Positions 13,472 through 27,679 of a stretch of DNA of 64,000 nt are shown one piece after another. Position 1 is the stretch's first letter. Every line of letters starts with the position of its first letter. Both the position numbers and the translations under genes were made by a program. The stretch comes from Octopus vulgaris (taxonomy: Eukaryota). The stretch lies in NCBI GenBank assembly GCA_951406725.2, contig OX597828.1, positions 23,932,001 through 23,996,000 of the forward strand, read 5' to 3'. The notes beneath the pieces are model-generated. The model searched no databases, was not told the origin of the DNA, and worked only from the letters and a program-made list of their open reading frames with translations.

Positions 13472-15042
13472 TAGTTTTATTTTTATAGCGTGCTTTCACT
13501 TCACTACCGAGCACAGCTCTGTGTGCCTTGGGTATGTGCTGTGATTTGTTGTGATGCTCTGATGGTTATTGTATGGAAAGTGTTCTGCGTAGGATGTGTG
13601 CAGTGCCTAGTAGTGCAATTTTCTGTATGTTATATGTGTTTGTAAGTCCTGGTGTTTTTGTTATGTACTTATCTGAATATTTTTTTATCATGCCTAATGC
13701 ACCTACTATGATAGGAATTGTTTCTGTTTTCAGATTCCACATTCTAGTTACCTCTATTTCCAGGTCTTTGTATTTTGAGAGTTTCTCCATTTCTTTTAGA
13801 GACACGTTGTCATCTGCCGGTATTGATACATCAATTAGAAAGCATTTTTTTCTTCATGATCTCTGACAACTATATCTGGTCTGTTGGCCTTAATTTCTCT
13901 ATCTGTGTGTATCGGCATATCCCAGAGTATGGTTGCTTTCTCGTTTTCTGTGACCTTTTCTGGTGTGTGCCTATACCATCTTTTTTCTGTTGTTATTCCA
14001 TAATGTTGGCATAGCTTCCAATGTATGTAGGTTCCAACTCTGTCATGTCTGTGAATATATTCCTTCTTAGCCAGGACTGGACAGCTAGAGATAATATGAT
14101 TTATTGTTTCTTGTCCATCTCCACATATTCTGCAGTTACTTGTAATATTTCTTTTCATTACATGTTTTTGGTAATTTCTGGTGGGGAGGCTTTGGTCTTG
14201 TGCTGCAATTAAAAATCCCTCTGTTTCTACTTTGAGTCCTGAGCTTCTCAACCATTGCTGGGATTTTTCTTTGTCTATTTCTTTTGCGTTTAGTTTAGTG
14301 CAGTATTTACCATGAAGGGGCATTTCTTGCCATCGTTTTATCATGGTTCGCTGCTGTTCTATTTTTAGTTTGGATTTCATTTGTTTTATAGCTTTTGTTG
14401 TTTCTTCATCATCTTCTTCTTCTTCTTCATGTTTATTAGGTGGTATGATGTCTTGTTTGTATTTGTCAGCTTCCTTAAATACTGAGAACAGTTTTTTATT
14501 TTGCTCGTGTTTTGCTGCTATCTGGATCAGTTTTCCTTCCTTCTGAAGTAGATATTTTTGCAGTCCTATGGTGGTTATTTTATAGTAGATTTCCAGCTGT
14601 ATAAGGCCTCTACCACCTTCTATACGTTGTATATATAGTCTTTCTATGTCAGATTTTGGGTGATGCATCCTAGATCCTGTCAGTATTTTTCTTGTTTTCC
14701 TATCTATTTTGGACAGTTCATTTCGTGTCCAGTTAAGGATATTGTAGCTGTAACTTATAACTGGGACAGCTAAAGTGTTGATACCTATTATCTTGTTTTT
14801 AGCATTGAGCTCTGTTTTTAGTATTGATCTAACTCGTCTATAATATTCTTTTTTTATTTTTCTCTTTCATTTGTGTGTGTTGTGTCTTGTCTAGTTTATG
14901 GATTCCTAAGTATTTGTAAGTTTGGCTTTGGTCTAATTCTTTTATTTCATTGGTTTTATCTAGTGTGATGTTGTTACTCTTAACTAGTTTTCCTCTTTTC
15001 ATGGTTACTTTGGCGCATTTTGCTAATCCAAATTTCATATCT
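13468..15042 (-). mobile_element. 5'-truncated Dong/R4-clade non-LTR retrotransposon (end of RT, CCHC finger, RLE endonuclease), frameshifted
   Basis: ORF pieces KFGLAKCA...YKYLG, CRICGDGQETINHIISSC...YIHRHD, RPDIVV, EKLSKYKDL, PIIVGALG. Both ends abut (TAA)n, the known Dong target. Confidence 0.9.
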
Positions 15043-15055
15043 ATTATTATTATTA

Positions 15056-15086
<31 letters not shown>

Positions 15087-15884
15087 AATTACAGTTATTA
15101 CTGTTGACATTGTTGTTGCTGTCAATGTTTCTATTGTCGATATTGCGGCTGTTGTTGATTTTTTTTTTTGAGCTTCGCTTAAACACCAGCCATCGTTCAT
15201 ATCACGTCTTTGTGATCTTCATATTGCTGCTATTTCTCTTTATTCTGATTCTTGCTTTCGTTGTTGCTGTTATTATTGTTGCTACGCTACTGATGATGAT
15301 GATGATGATAATGTTGTTGTCAGCACAATTGATAGTGTAGACTTTGTTCGTTGGTTTTTGTTGTTAGTCTTCTTTCAATTTTCTTTTATTTGATCTTTCA
15401 TTTTGAAGTAATTGCTACGGCCCCCGCTGCTATTACTGCTGCTCCTGCCGATGTTGCTGCTGCTGCTGTTGTTGTCACTGCTGCTGCTGCTTTCGAGAAT
15501 GTTGTTGTTGTTGTTGTTGCTGCCACTACAGTTTTTGTTTTGTTGCCACTCCTATTGCTATTATTGCAGCATCTGCTGTTGTTTTTGCTTCTGCTCCTGC
15601 TGATGTTGTTTGTTGTTGTTGCTCATGTTGTTGTTGCTGTGTCTGCTGTTCTCGTTATTTCTGTTGTTGTTCTTAAACTTCGGATCAACCCAGAGTGGAA
15701 CTTTAACCCAACACTTTCCTCGTGTACCCAACTTTCTTCCTTATCCGAACATATTACATATCTAGAACTATATTCTGAATTGTGGTTTTGGGAATATTTG
15801 ATAACTATTTCTAGCAAGACAGCCATCCGTGTTGCAGCCATTGCTGCTGCTTATTCTGTTTATTTATTTTGTGTGTCTGTGTAT

Positions 15885-15942
15885 TCTTCTTCTTCTTCTT
15901 CTTCTTCTTCTTCTTCTTCTTCTTCTTCGTATTCTTCTTCTT

Positions 15943-16003
<61 letters not shown>

Positions 16004-16040
16004 TCTTCCTCCTCCTCCTCCTTCTTCTTCTCCTTCTTCT
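15885..16040. repeat. (TTC)n-(TTA)n-(CCT)n microsatellite
   Basis: Visible. Confidence 0.95.
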
Positions 16041-16884
16041 TTTCGTTTTATCTGCTTCCTCATCTACGTCTTTCCCCCATTGCATTCTACTCATTTTCAT
16101 TTTAAATTTTGCTCTTCTTCGTATTCAAATGATTATTATTATTATTCATATACGTTGACGAGATGAACTATTAAGAAAACATGGTTGACAAATTGGAACT
16201 AAACATATCCACTACCTATGAATAATAGTAAGTGTCACACCTTCAACTCATTAAAGCATACGTCTGGTCCAGTCATAAAAACCTCGCGCCTGTACGTAGG
16301 AAAATATTTTATTGTTTAACATTTTTGATTAGGCTGACGAATGAAATGTGTTCTTTCCACAAAATAAGAAATGCAGACACACTAGAGCAAATAAATTAAA
16401 AACTCGTGCGAAGTGCCAAAAGCCTTTACTAAAAAATGACGGATGTCCCTCCATGGTTAGGTTGTTTCTGCCTCATAAAGTCGTACAAAACACGAGCGAT
16501 TTTAGACATTTAAAAGTACGACTAATCAACGCAATACTAAGCTCCCCGTCCTAACATATATATATAATACACATGAAGAGCGGTAGGTAACTTATAGAAC
16601 TCCACTGGTGGTGAGGTCTATGATTTTATTTTGAGTGTGTACTCTTTCAAGACAAATGCAACTCTGATAGAATCAATAGAAATCAGTCCATCGATATCTA
16701 GAATGGTTACAAGGAGTTTACGCTAGGCAATCTGTCAACAGGCAAGAGATATTTTCTGCAATTCTGCATCGCTAATTTCTTTATATATACAAAAACACTA
16801 CCTAGCGGAAATTTAAGTGTCTTCCAATGGAATCCAGACACAGCGTGGTCATGACCATCCAATCACTGGAGGCCGTAGAGTGCG

Positions 16885-17225
16885 GAGTTCAAATTCCGCC
16901 GAGGTCGACTTTACCTTTCATCCTTTCGGGGTCGATAAATTAAGTACCAGTTACGCACTGGGCTCGATGTAATCGACTTAATCCCTTCGTCTGTCCTTGT
17001 TTGTCCCCTCTTAACTCCTTGTGGGCAATACTCAAATAAGAAAAGTTAGCATGCAGGGCGAAATGCTTAGCGGTATCTCGTCTGTCTTTACGTTCTGAAT
17101 TCAAATTCCGCCAAAATCGAGTTTGCCTTTCAGCCTTTCGGCTTAAGTAGCAGTTTCGTCCTGGGGTTGATCTAATTGACTGGTACCCTCCCCCAAAATT
17201 TCGGGCCTTGTGACTAGATTAGAGA
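16885..17225 (+). mobile_element. SINE family C dimer
   Basis: Two GAGTTCAAATTCCGCC...TTTCATCCTTTCGG units. Confidence 0.85.
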
Positions 17226-17606
17226 CTTATTATTAGAGTTAATGGAGATCATGTAGGAACGTTACACCATCGACACCACACAAGCACATACACGCGCACG
17301 CACACAACTCGCTCAGGCAATCACTTTCTCATTTACACAGTCATGCGTTGACCGTTTAACTCAGACGCATCTGATTATTATTTTCTTCTCTCTCCACCAT
17401 TTCTCTCTTCTCCTCTATCCTTCTTGAAGAAGAGCGTATACGCGAAACATTAAAGAATTCTTTCGTTGTTCCTAAGTCTAAACCTATTAGACCCTGTTCG
17501 TTGTTCTTTCACTCTGTCTTTGGTTTTAAAAAATTTATTTTTGGTCATATATACGGGTATATGCGTGCGTGTCTTTATGTGCGTGTGAGCACGCGTATAT
17601 AAACAT

Positions 17607-17648
<42 letters not shown>

Positions 17649-17966
17649 ATGAATGTATGCAGATGTATGTAGTATTACAAATTGTGTCAGTGCCCTACTT
17701 CGTGTTTCTCATTTGCCAGGTTATTGATTGTAAAACAAACGTAAAAACCCATTTTACAGCCAAAAAAAAAAGCTCTCACTCTACGGTTAATTATTAATTA
17801 GATTTAATTTAATTTCAACCATTTATTTTCCTTTTAGTCTTCAAGTATCTTTCCTTTAAGCTACCGAATCTATCGAAACTACCATCCATCTCTTAATTAA
17901 CAATTCTACAAGTCAATCACTACCCCCACGCCACAATCTGTACGAATGTCTCTGATTCACTTTCTC

Positions 17967-18005
<39 letters not shown>

Positions 18006-18085
18006 AAACAAAATTATACGTCTTTCTATCCTTCTATTTTACTCTCTCTTTTACTATTTATTTTGTCTAACAATTCAGTGCCTCG

Positions 18086-18178
<93 letters not shown>

Positions 18179-18634
18179 ACTCTCTCTCTCTTTCTCTCTC
18201 TCTCTCTGTATATATATATATATATATATATATCGGTTTACGTATTCGTTTTGCAAAATTCTTGATGTGAACTCGTGTGTTGAAACAGATATTGTTGTAT
18301 GTGGGGACGGTCATGTTGCCAGTTTAACCAATGAAGCACACGCACTAATGTATATATATATATATATATATATATAATGTCTTTAAATTGTTTCAGCTTC
18401 AAAGCTGCGGTCATGCTGGGGCACCACCGTTGCCTGTGCTGTAGAGTTATTTGGAACCTTCGCTGATATGTGACATTTGGTGAATGAGGGAGTGTAATGC
18501 TGCTGCTACCATCTGTGTTTTCTGCTGCGATGTAGGCTCATATGGAACCCTTGAGAAGAGGAGATACATATATATATACGTATATATGTATGTATGTGTG
18601 TGTGTATATATATATATATACATACATACGCACG

Positions 18635-18676
<42 letters not shown>

Positions 18677-18685
18677 CGCACGCAC

Positions 18686-18716
<31 letters not shown>

Positions 18717-18722
18717 CGCACG

Positions 18723-18772
<50 letters not shown>

Positions 18773-18928
18773 CGCACGCACATAAATATATTATTTTTGA
18801 TGTCTTGGCATCTGAAGCAGCTGGAGATACGATAATTTGATCAAAAGAACCGGTTATTGGGAGCAAAAATAAATATTGAAAAGGCCAAACTTGGACATAA
18901 AACAGTTTAACATAATACCAATGATACA

Positions 18929-18964
<36 letters not shown>

Positions 18965-18967
<3 letters not shown>

Positions 18968-19235
18968 ACAATGATAAATCTCAGAGCGAGTTATAAACAG
19001 TAGCGGTAACACATCGTGACGCATATTTGCCATTTGAATATGGCTAACCCCTAAGGGTGGATGCTACTGTAGTTTGTAGCCCCAGGAAGATATCTCTTCC
19101 AGCTGGCTATAGACACACTATCTGTGTCCTCTCAGTATTTGTGAAGGGGAGTCATCCTCCCCGTCTTCAACTCATGATTCACACGGACCCGAGTTTCAAG
19201 GTGTTTACCTTTCATCAGCGTGTGACAATCATATA
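18965..19235 (-). mobile_element. Short hammerhead-bearing repeat (PLE pLTR/retrozyme-like)
   Basis: Relatively GC-rich segment between TA runs containing a canonical HHR. Boundaries approximate. Confidence 0.5.
19179..19225 (-). ncRNA. Type I hammerhead ribozyme, canonical
   Basis: Reverse complement TCACACG-CTGATGA-AAGGT aaac ACCTT-GAAA-C TCGG GTC-CGTGTGA. 7-bp stem I, 5-bp stem II, self-complementary stem III, GUC site. Confidence 0.92.
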
Positions 19236-20122
19236 TATAAACAACGCTCATTCCGTCTGTCGATCTATACTAGCCCATTATATAAAGTAAACATTTTCTA
19301 TCTCTCTGTTTAGCTATTTAAAGAAACTACTCTATTTATCTGCCCATATTGACACCTACGTCTTTCCACACAACTCTCTACACGACTAAATAATAAAACT
19401 TAGCCCCAACAACTCATCAATCATTTATTGCACTGCTGTGATATTATGCAGATATCTCGGCATTTTATTCGTATTTTAATAAACTGCATATAATAGCAAC
19501 GTCTTAACACCCACCATTTTCGTTAATATCGTTATCTTCACTATTTAGCGTCTGATTAGGTATGGTAGGGAAAACAGATCGATCATCAAAGACATTCAAG
19601 CTGTGAATATCTCATCTTTTGTTTTGTGTTGTTGCCGGCATAGAGAATCTAGGAGTGTATTTGTCGCCTGCCGTCTTCGGCAAGACATGTGACGTGATCT
19701 TATCCGTTGCCAATGATCCGGTTACGATTGCCCTTCTGTTTCGTAACGCCTGAAATAAAGACGGCGGAGAAACTATTATCTTTGTAGTGGTTGCTGCCCT
19801 TATTTGACTTCCCATATGTGTGGATATAAATCTTTTATTTATAATCTTCCATTTTTTTTTCTGACATTAGGCTGCAGTCGTGCTGAAGCATTATTTAGAA
19901 AGAATTTAGAAGAACGAATCAACATCATTAATTAGGACTTTTTGCTCTAAAATCTGGTATTTAAAATCTATCGATTAATATTGTCGAACCACTACGTGCT
20001 GGCGACGTGTATGCCAAGAAACAGCAGTAGTGAAACGGTAAGTGACAGACAAACACAAAAACAAACACACTTAAATATACATACCTATATATATATATAT
20101 ATATATATATATCACCGTCTCA

Positions 20123-20249
<127 letters not shown>

Positions 20250-20259
20250 GTTGTGTGTG

Positions 20260-20520
20260 TTTGCCGCCGTTTTTCAAAAATTTTAATATTTTAAAATGTT
20301 TAATAAAAAATAACAATTAATTAATTAATAATGTATTCACCCTTGTTGTTTACAGCTTCTTTGCAACGTTCAACAGCATTTTCAATTCCTCGTTGGTAGA
20401 AATCAACTGGATGGCCAGAACGAGGTGCGTCTTCGAGGTCGAAATTTCCATTTTTGAACTTGGCATACCAATCAAGAGCGGTTCTTTTAGCTGTGGCACC
20501 CTCTGCATACACAGCACAAA
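20260..20520 (-). mobile_element. Internally deleted mariner transposase relic
   Basis: WYAKFKNGNFDLEDAPRSGHP (HTH/GRP region) joined directly to the C-terminal FYQRGIENAVERCKEAVNNKGEYI. Confidence 0.85.
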
Positions 20521-20680
20521 TGTCACGAGCACCGCCTTTAGTCGAACAAATCGATCCCAGTACTTATTCTTTGTAAACCTAACACTTATTCTATCGGCCT
20601 TCTTTTGCCGAACCGCTAAGTTACAGGACGTAAACACACCAACGTCGGTTATCAAGTGATGTTAGGGGAGGGTCAAACAC
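20521..20680 (-). mobile_element. SINE family A, 3' half
   Basis: CTTATTCTATCGG...TGCCGAACCGCTAAGTTAC. Confidence 0.8.
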
Positions 20681-20749
20681 ACACACAAATATACACACGT
20701 TCACACACACAAACACACACACGAACATACATACATATATATATATATA

Positions 20750-21042
20750 TGGCCCAATGGTTAGGGCAGCGGACTCGCGGTCGTAGGACGGCGGTTTCGA
20801 TTCCCAGACCGGGCGTTGTGAGTGCTTATTGAGTGAAAACACCTAAAGTTCCACGTGGCTCCGGCAGGGGGTGGGGTGGCGATCCCTGCAGTACTCTTTC
20901 GCCACAACTTTCATTCACACTTTCTTTTCTTGGCCTGCTTGCTGAGCCAGCGGGGTGGCGTCATTTGAAGGCTAAAACAATGCGAAACGCATTGTGACCA
21001 GCGATGTGTAGAAGCATCTGATAGCCTTGTCTGTCACGGTGA
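20750..21042 (+). mobile_element. SINE family B
   Basis: Matches 5849-6141 and 36838-37137. Confidence 0.9.
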
Positions 21043-21073
21043 TATATATGTATATACATACATACATACATAC

Positions 21074-21670
<597 letters not shown>

Positions 21671-21671
21671 C

Positions 21672-22053
21672 TCTATATATAAACGGCAGTTTGTCTGTCT
21701 GTGTTTCTGTGTGTCTGTCAGGTTGTACCCTCACCCTGACCACGGCTTTCAACCGATTCTGATGAAACTTGACACACACATAGCCCAACGTCATAATTCA
21801 AAACTAACGTAGCGAAAATTTTGAAAAGTTCCCCCACTTCTGAAAAAAATCGATCAATTCGACATGGGGTCGGGAATTAGAAACACGAACCACAAACTGT
21901 CTAGGGGACGCAACTCCACCTTTTTTAAATCTCAAAAAAAAATTTACCATCATTTTTTTCCCATTTTTTTGCTATTTTTTGGCTATAACTCTCTAAAAAT
22001 GCTTTATAGTTATTTCCCTTACAAATCTGAGCAACGCCGGGCGATACTGCTAG
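21672..22053 (+). mobile_element. Non-autonomous Helitron/HINE-like element
   Basis: Starts TCTATATATAAA followed by a (GTCT)-like tract and CAACCGATT...TGAAACTTG. Ends GCAACGCCGGGCGATACTG-CTAG|T. No TSD. Confidence 0.75.
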
Positions 22054-22061
22054 TATATATA

Positions 22062-22182
<121 letters not shown>

Positions 22183-23082
22183 GACAAGGTTCTTTCCGTT
22201 GCTGTCTACCAAATCCACTCACACGCCATGTTTGCATGTGCATCGCATGTATGTACATAATTACATGCTTTTCGTACTGAAGATGCCAACGTGAGGTTTG
22301 TATGCTTATATATTCGGCTGCTATTGCATTGAAGGTTCTTGTTCATAAAGTTATTATTATCGATATTATTGTTGTTGTTGCCGTTGTTGTTGTTGTTGTT
22401 GTTGTTGTTGTTGCTAATATTTCATTTACTGCTTCCTGCTGTTTGTCTTAATGATCTTCGTCAACGTTTCCAATGTCGTCTCCCTTGGTAACGACAATGA
22501 CGGAAGAGGCTCATGGTATCTTGTAGCTGCTGCTGCTGCTACTGCACCTCTTGCTGTTAAGCATGCTTACTGATGCCTGTCGTCATATTCATAAAGGAGT
22601 AACGCACATGTTTATCCGTTCTTTCATTCGTTGGTCAAGCCTTATAAACTCCACAACAAAACAACAACAACAAAGTGAAGATCATCGTCGTCCCCATCAT
22701 TATCATCATCATCATCAAAGTCAATAGCAGCATATGCATCATCATCACTGAGACGTAGACAAGATGTTAATAATAATGATTAAGAAGCTAAGATGGCCGT
22801 GCACTCCCCTCCAATCTTCAAAATACAATTTTCTGTTGCATTGTTCATTGTTGCTAAGCGCCAATATGTACGCATTTCTCGAATTTAATTGAAATACTTG
22901 CGCACACAGGCACACACTCACAGACTCACGTGTGCACACACACGCACATATGCATACATATATACATATTTACGTATATACACACAAACATACATATATC
23001 TATATCTCTATATGTCTATGTATCTATCTATCTGTCTGTCTGTCTGTCTACCTATCTATCCATCTATCTATATCTCTGCCTG

Positions 23083-23202
<120 letters not shown>

Positions 23203-23220
23203 ATATATATATATATATAT

Positions 23221-23269
<49 letters not shown>

Positions 23270-23691
23270 TATATAAATATATTATATATATATATCATAT
23301 ATATATATGTATGTATATATATATGTATGTATATGATAGGCTCATTCGTGGTAATGCGAAGGAAATATAAAGTGTACTCAATATGCATTTAACTATAATA
23401 GCAGCAGTAGTAGTAGTTTTTTGTTTCCACGGTACTTGTGTGGGCGTATAGAAAAAGTTCTTTCGTCTGGTAAGAGCTGTGAATTCACAATTACCATCTG
23501 AGTGTTGCCTTCTATTAGGCACCTAGTTTTCCGATTCGTTATGCCTCCCTCAGTAGAATATTCAACAGAGAAGTAACCTCGAGCAGACAGTACACACGTA
23601 TATATATTCATATATGTGTGTGTATAATATACATTACATAACACATTTCTATATATCTCTCATCTCTTTTTCTCTCTATATATATAAATAC

Positions 23692-23724
<33 letters not shown>

Positions 23725-24156
23725 GGTTGGGTGTGTGTGTGTGTGTGGGTATGTGCGTGTGTATTCATATGTGTATTCATATTATACATATATATACGTT
23801 CTCATACATGCACACGTATGTATATGTTTGCAAGTACAACTATCTAATTACTATTTACAATTTTCGTTATTTCTCTAATATTGAATTTTTAAAAAAATGA
23901 CGGAGTATTGTCTTGAAGTAGTTATAATCATGTTTAGGCTTTTATTTTTAGCATGTTTTATTTTTATTTAGAAGACAATATGGACATTTTGCCTGTCAGC
24001 AATAATGACCTGCTGAATTTTGTAGAATTATTAAGAGGACTAGACACGGTAGCAGTGCCACTTATGCGTTTGTTAGCAATGATAATACTAACATGACTAT
24101 ACTATATAATGTATAATATGGCGACAAATATACACATTTGTGTGAGTGCACGCGTA

Positions 24157-24211
<55 letters not shown>

Positions 24212-24224
24212 AAGACAGACAGAT

Positions 24225-24265
<41 letters not shown>

Positions 24266-24548
24266 GTGAGTGTTTGTACCAATTAAAATTACAACCAAGA
24301 TACAGTTTAAGCTTATGCATCAAACTTATTAGCCTGACAATGGAGCACGTCTTGCTGAGAGGTTAAATCAAATATCTGTTGTTATAACTCAGAGTGTGAG
24401 AGAGCGGATCATCATGCCTTTTCAAAAATTCATCGTGGCGATCCTTTTTCACCTTGGTGTCTGCTGACCGGTTGTAATTTATAGCTGCATGTGGGAAATA
24501 GCAGACTTAAGCCCATGCTATCACAGTATCTTGTCCTTTATTTACCGT

Positions 24549-24651
24549 ATAATAGTAGGGAAGCTAAAACTGACCTGTCCACCATGTTAATGTAAAAGAA
24601 TCTGTTACGTTAACATGGCGGACAGGTCATTTTTAGGTTCCCTACAATTAT
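24549..24651. repeat. Foldback hairpin / MITE-like element
   Basis: GTAGGGAAGCTAAAACTGACCTGTCCACCATGTTAATGTAA pairs with TTACGTTAACATGGCGGACAGGTCATTTTTAGGTTCCCTAC across a ~9-nt loop. Confidence 0.8.
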
Positions 24652-24690
24652 AATGTAAACCTTTTTGATCTCATAAAATTCTGTGCGTGT

Positions 24691-25092
24691 ATACCAATAT
24701 TCCACTGAACATTTTAATTATTCCTTCTGGAAATTATCTTGAGAATGTATAATATATTTGTTGTAATCTTCTGTGCCCAATATTTCAATGAACTTCTTAA
24801 GCTTTTTTTATGTTCTTAACATGCTCTTGTCACCAAAGAATGTATATATATGTATTGTAGTACTCTGTGTCAACCAATATTCTGTGAGTGTTTGAATATA
24901 CAGATACAATACCAATATCCCACTGAACTTTTTAATAATTCCTTCTGGAAACTATATTTAACATGTTCTTGAGAATGATTGTTTATGTTGTAATCTTTTG
25001 TGCCCAGTATTTTAAGGAACTTGTTAAAATTTTTTGTGTCCTTAATATTTCCTTGTTACTAAAGACTGTATATATGTAATGTAGCATTTTGT
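24691..25092. repeat. Diverged tandem duplication, period ~220 bp
   Basis: TACCAATAT.CCACTGAAC...ATTCCTTCTGGAAA...TGTTGTAATCTT.TGTGCCCA occurs at ~24691 and ~24910. Confidence 0.75.
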
Positions 25093-25215
25093 AACAACCC
25101 ATAATTAACGCAACCAAACTTCTAAATGTTACTTTTGACAATCTTTTTCCAAAGAGTGAAACCGGTAAAGTAAATAAACATCTTTTAAAATTGCATTTTC
25201 AAACCTTCTTTCGTA

Positions 25216-25290
25216 TATGGCACCTGCCATACGATCGCCAATAATTTGACCTCTTTGAAAATCCGATAGATCTGTCATTTTAATGAGGAA
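25216..25290 (-). mobile_element. Tc1-like transposase N-terminal relic
   Basis: MTDLSDFQRGQIIGDRMAGA resembles the start of Tc1 transposases (DLSDFERGQIVG.R.AG). Confidence 0.7.
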
Positions 25291-25489
25291 CTTGAATCGA
25301 ACGAATGCTCTGCAGTACACATATCTGTAAAGGCTAGTGCTTATTTAATCCGTCTTTTGTGCTGACCCGATGTATTATGAGAACGTAAACGCACCAACAC
25401 TCGCAACCAAGCTTTGGTGGGACGCACACACATACACACACACACGCTTTCACACACAACACATATTCACACACTCAGACATACACGAG

Positions 25490-25640
25490 TTGTGTCTTTC
25501 AGTTTCCGTCTACGAAATCCACTGACAAAGATTTGGTTCGTCCGAGGCCTTAGTACAAGGTATAACGCAGTAGAACTGATCTCAAAACCCAAACCATTGT
25601 GACTGAGAAGCAATAGTCTTACCATGCCGCTACGTCTACA
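25490..25640 (-). mobile_element. SINE family A, degraded
   Basis: TCTTTCAGTTTCCGTCTACGAAATCCACT. Confidence 0.7.
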
Positions 25641-25828
25641 CTCAGAGACAGGAGAGAATAATTGGGCAGAGAGAGGAATGAAGATAGAAGGGGTGTGTGA
25701 GTGAACAGCATCTCATATATTTAAGTGTGTTATCCACAATCATGCTGTAAACAGATTCTGTTTATCCCTTTGAAATGTAAATTTTATTTCTCTTTCAACT
25801 TCCCACTGCTTTCACCATGCTGATGAAG

Positions 25829-25879
<51 letters not shown>

Positions 25880-25916
25880 GCGACGACGACGTCGACCACC
25901 ACCACCACCACCACCA

Positions 25917-26063
25917 CGACCATGTCGACGCCCTTAATTTCGTTTAGGATGAAATGAAGGAAACTACCGGTTTCTAATACTCACAAATATTCATTAAGTT
26001 TTTTTTTTTGCACCTACCTTCATTTCATCCTAAACGAAATTGAAGGCGTTGACCTGGTCGTCC
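25917..26063. repeat. MITE-like element with ~45 bp inverted arms
   Basis: CGACCATGTCGACGCCCTTAATTTCGTTTAGGATGAAATGAAGG / CCTTCATTTCATCCTAAACGAAATTGAAGGCGTTGACCTGGTCG. Confidence 0.75.
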
Positions 26064-27128
26064 TCGTCATCGCCATCAGGATCATGCACATGATCATCAT
26101 CATCATCATCATCATCAACATCATCTTTTAACGTCCGCTATTCTACGCTGGTTTGGAAAGTTTGAAAAGAATAGCTGCAACAGCAGCAGCAGCTGCAGGA
26201 CCAGTCACGTAGGCATCTGTATCATTGCTCGTATAATCATCATCTCCATCTCTATCAACGACGTTGCAATCGCCATCATCACCATCATCACCATCACTAT
26301 CCTCTAAATTCTTTAATACTAACATTATCACCATCACCATCGTCATCGTTGCTATCATCATCATTATCCTCATCATTGTCTTCATCAACATCGTTATCGT
26401 CGTCTTCGTCACCACCCCACTACAACCACCACCACCACCACTATCATCATCATCCTCATCATCTTCCTCATCATGGACGTGTCATCATCGTCGTCGGCGT
26501 TGTCGTCAACGTTGCCTTCTTCAACCAGACCGTAATCATAACGACCACCATCTTTGGCAACGTCATCAGCAGCATCATAGACCTTCCTCTTCAAGACCAG
26601 CAACATCATCACCATCACCACCACCATCATCATCAGTAGCAGCAGCAGTAGCATCGGCAGCAACATCCTTATTAACGTCATGTTCTAGCAAACGATAACA
26701 GATCTGTAAATTCATGAGAATCCATCACTCATTCAACAGCTCTTCAACCAACGCAACCATATTCCATAGCCACTGACATACATACTCCCTCCCGCAATAA
26801 CTCCCAACCCACACCACCCACCGCCATAACACAAGCGCGCTCACACACATACACATACACGCCATATTCTCAGTACTTCTACATTGAAGAGCACCATTAA
26901 CGTGGCACTTATCGCAGATTTATGTTCGTTCTATGGGAACAGACTCCTTAGAAACGAGTTAACATAATCGTATAAGTTCCAATTGACTTTGGATGAGATG
27001 TTCTTGTTTATCGGAAAGTCGGTTATCAAATAGTGTTACGAGAGATAAATAGCATCGCAGTAGTGGAGAAAATATAACTGTCATCTGTGTATGAACATGA
27101 TGCTTATGATGAGAAGTGGAAGGATGTG

Positions 27129-27188
<60 letters not shown>

Positions 27189-27264
27189 AACTACTACTAC
27201 TAACAATAATGATGATGATGATAATAATAATAATAATAAAACTAATAATAATAATAATAATAAT

Positions 27265-27672
27265 TAGGCGCAGGAGTGGTTGTGTGGTAAGTAGTTTGTT
27301 TACCAACCACATGGTTCCGGGTTCAGTCCCACTGCGTGGCACATTGGGCAAGTGTCTTCTACTATAGCCTCGGGCCGACCAAAGCCTTGTGAGTGGATTT
27401 GGTAGACGGAAACTGAAAGAAGCCCGTCGTATATATGTATACATATATATATATAAATGCGTGTGTGTGTTTGTGTGAGTGTGTTTGTCCCCCTAGCATT
27501 GCTTGACAACCGATGCTGGTGTGTTTATGTCCCCGTTACTTAGCGGTTCGGCAAAAGAAACCGATAGAATAAGTACTGGGCTTACAAAAGAATAAGTCTC
27601 GGGGTCGAGTTGCTCGACTAAAGGCGGTGCTCCAGCATGGCTGCAGTGAAATGACTGAAACAAGTAAAAGAT
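27265..27672 (+). mobile_element. SINE family A, full length with internal TA/TG microsatellite
   Basis: tRNA-like head, conserved body, internal microsatellite, 3' tail ...CTGAAACAAGTAAAAG. Confidence 0.92.
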
Positions 27673-27679
27673 AATAAAG

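Noticed and set aside
15351-16166. 271-aa hydrophobic ORF
   Set aside because: Built from GCT/GTT/TCT/TAT triplet repeats.
19545-19585. CTGATTA...GAAAACAGATC motif
   Set aside because: Core mismatch and no stem II.
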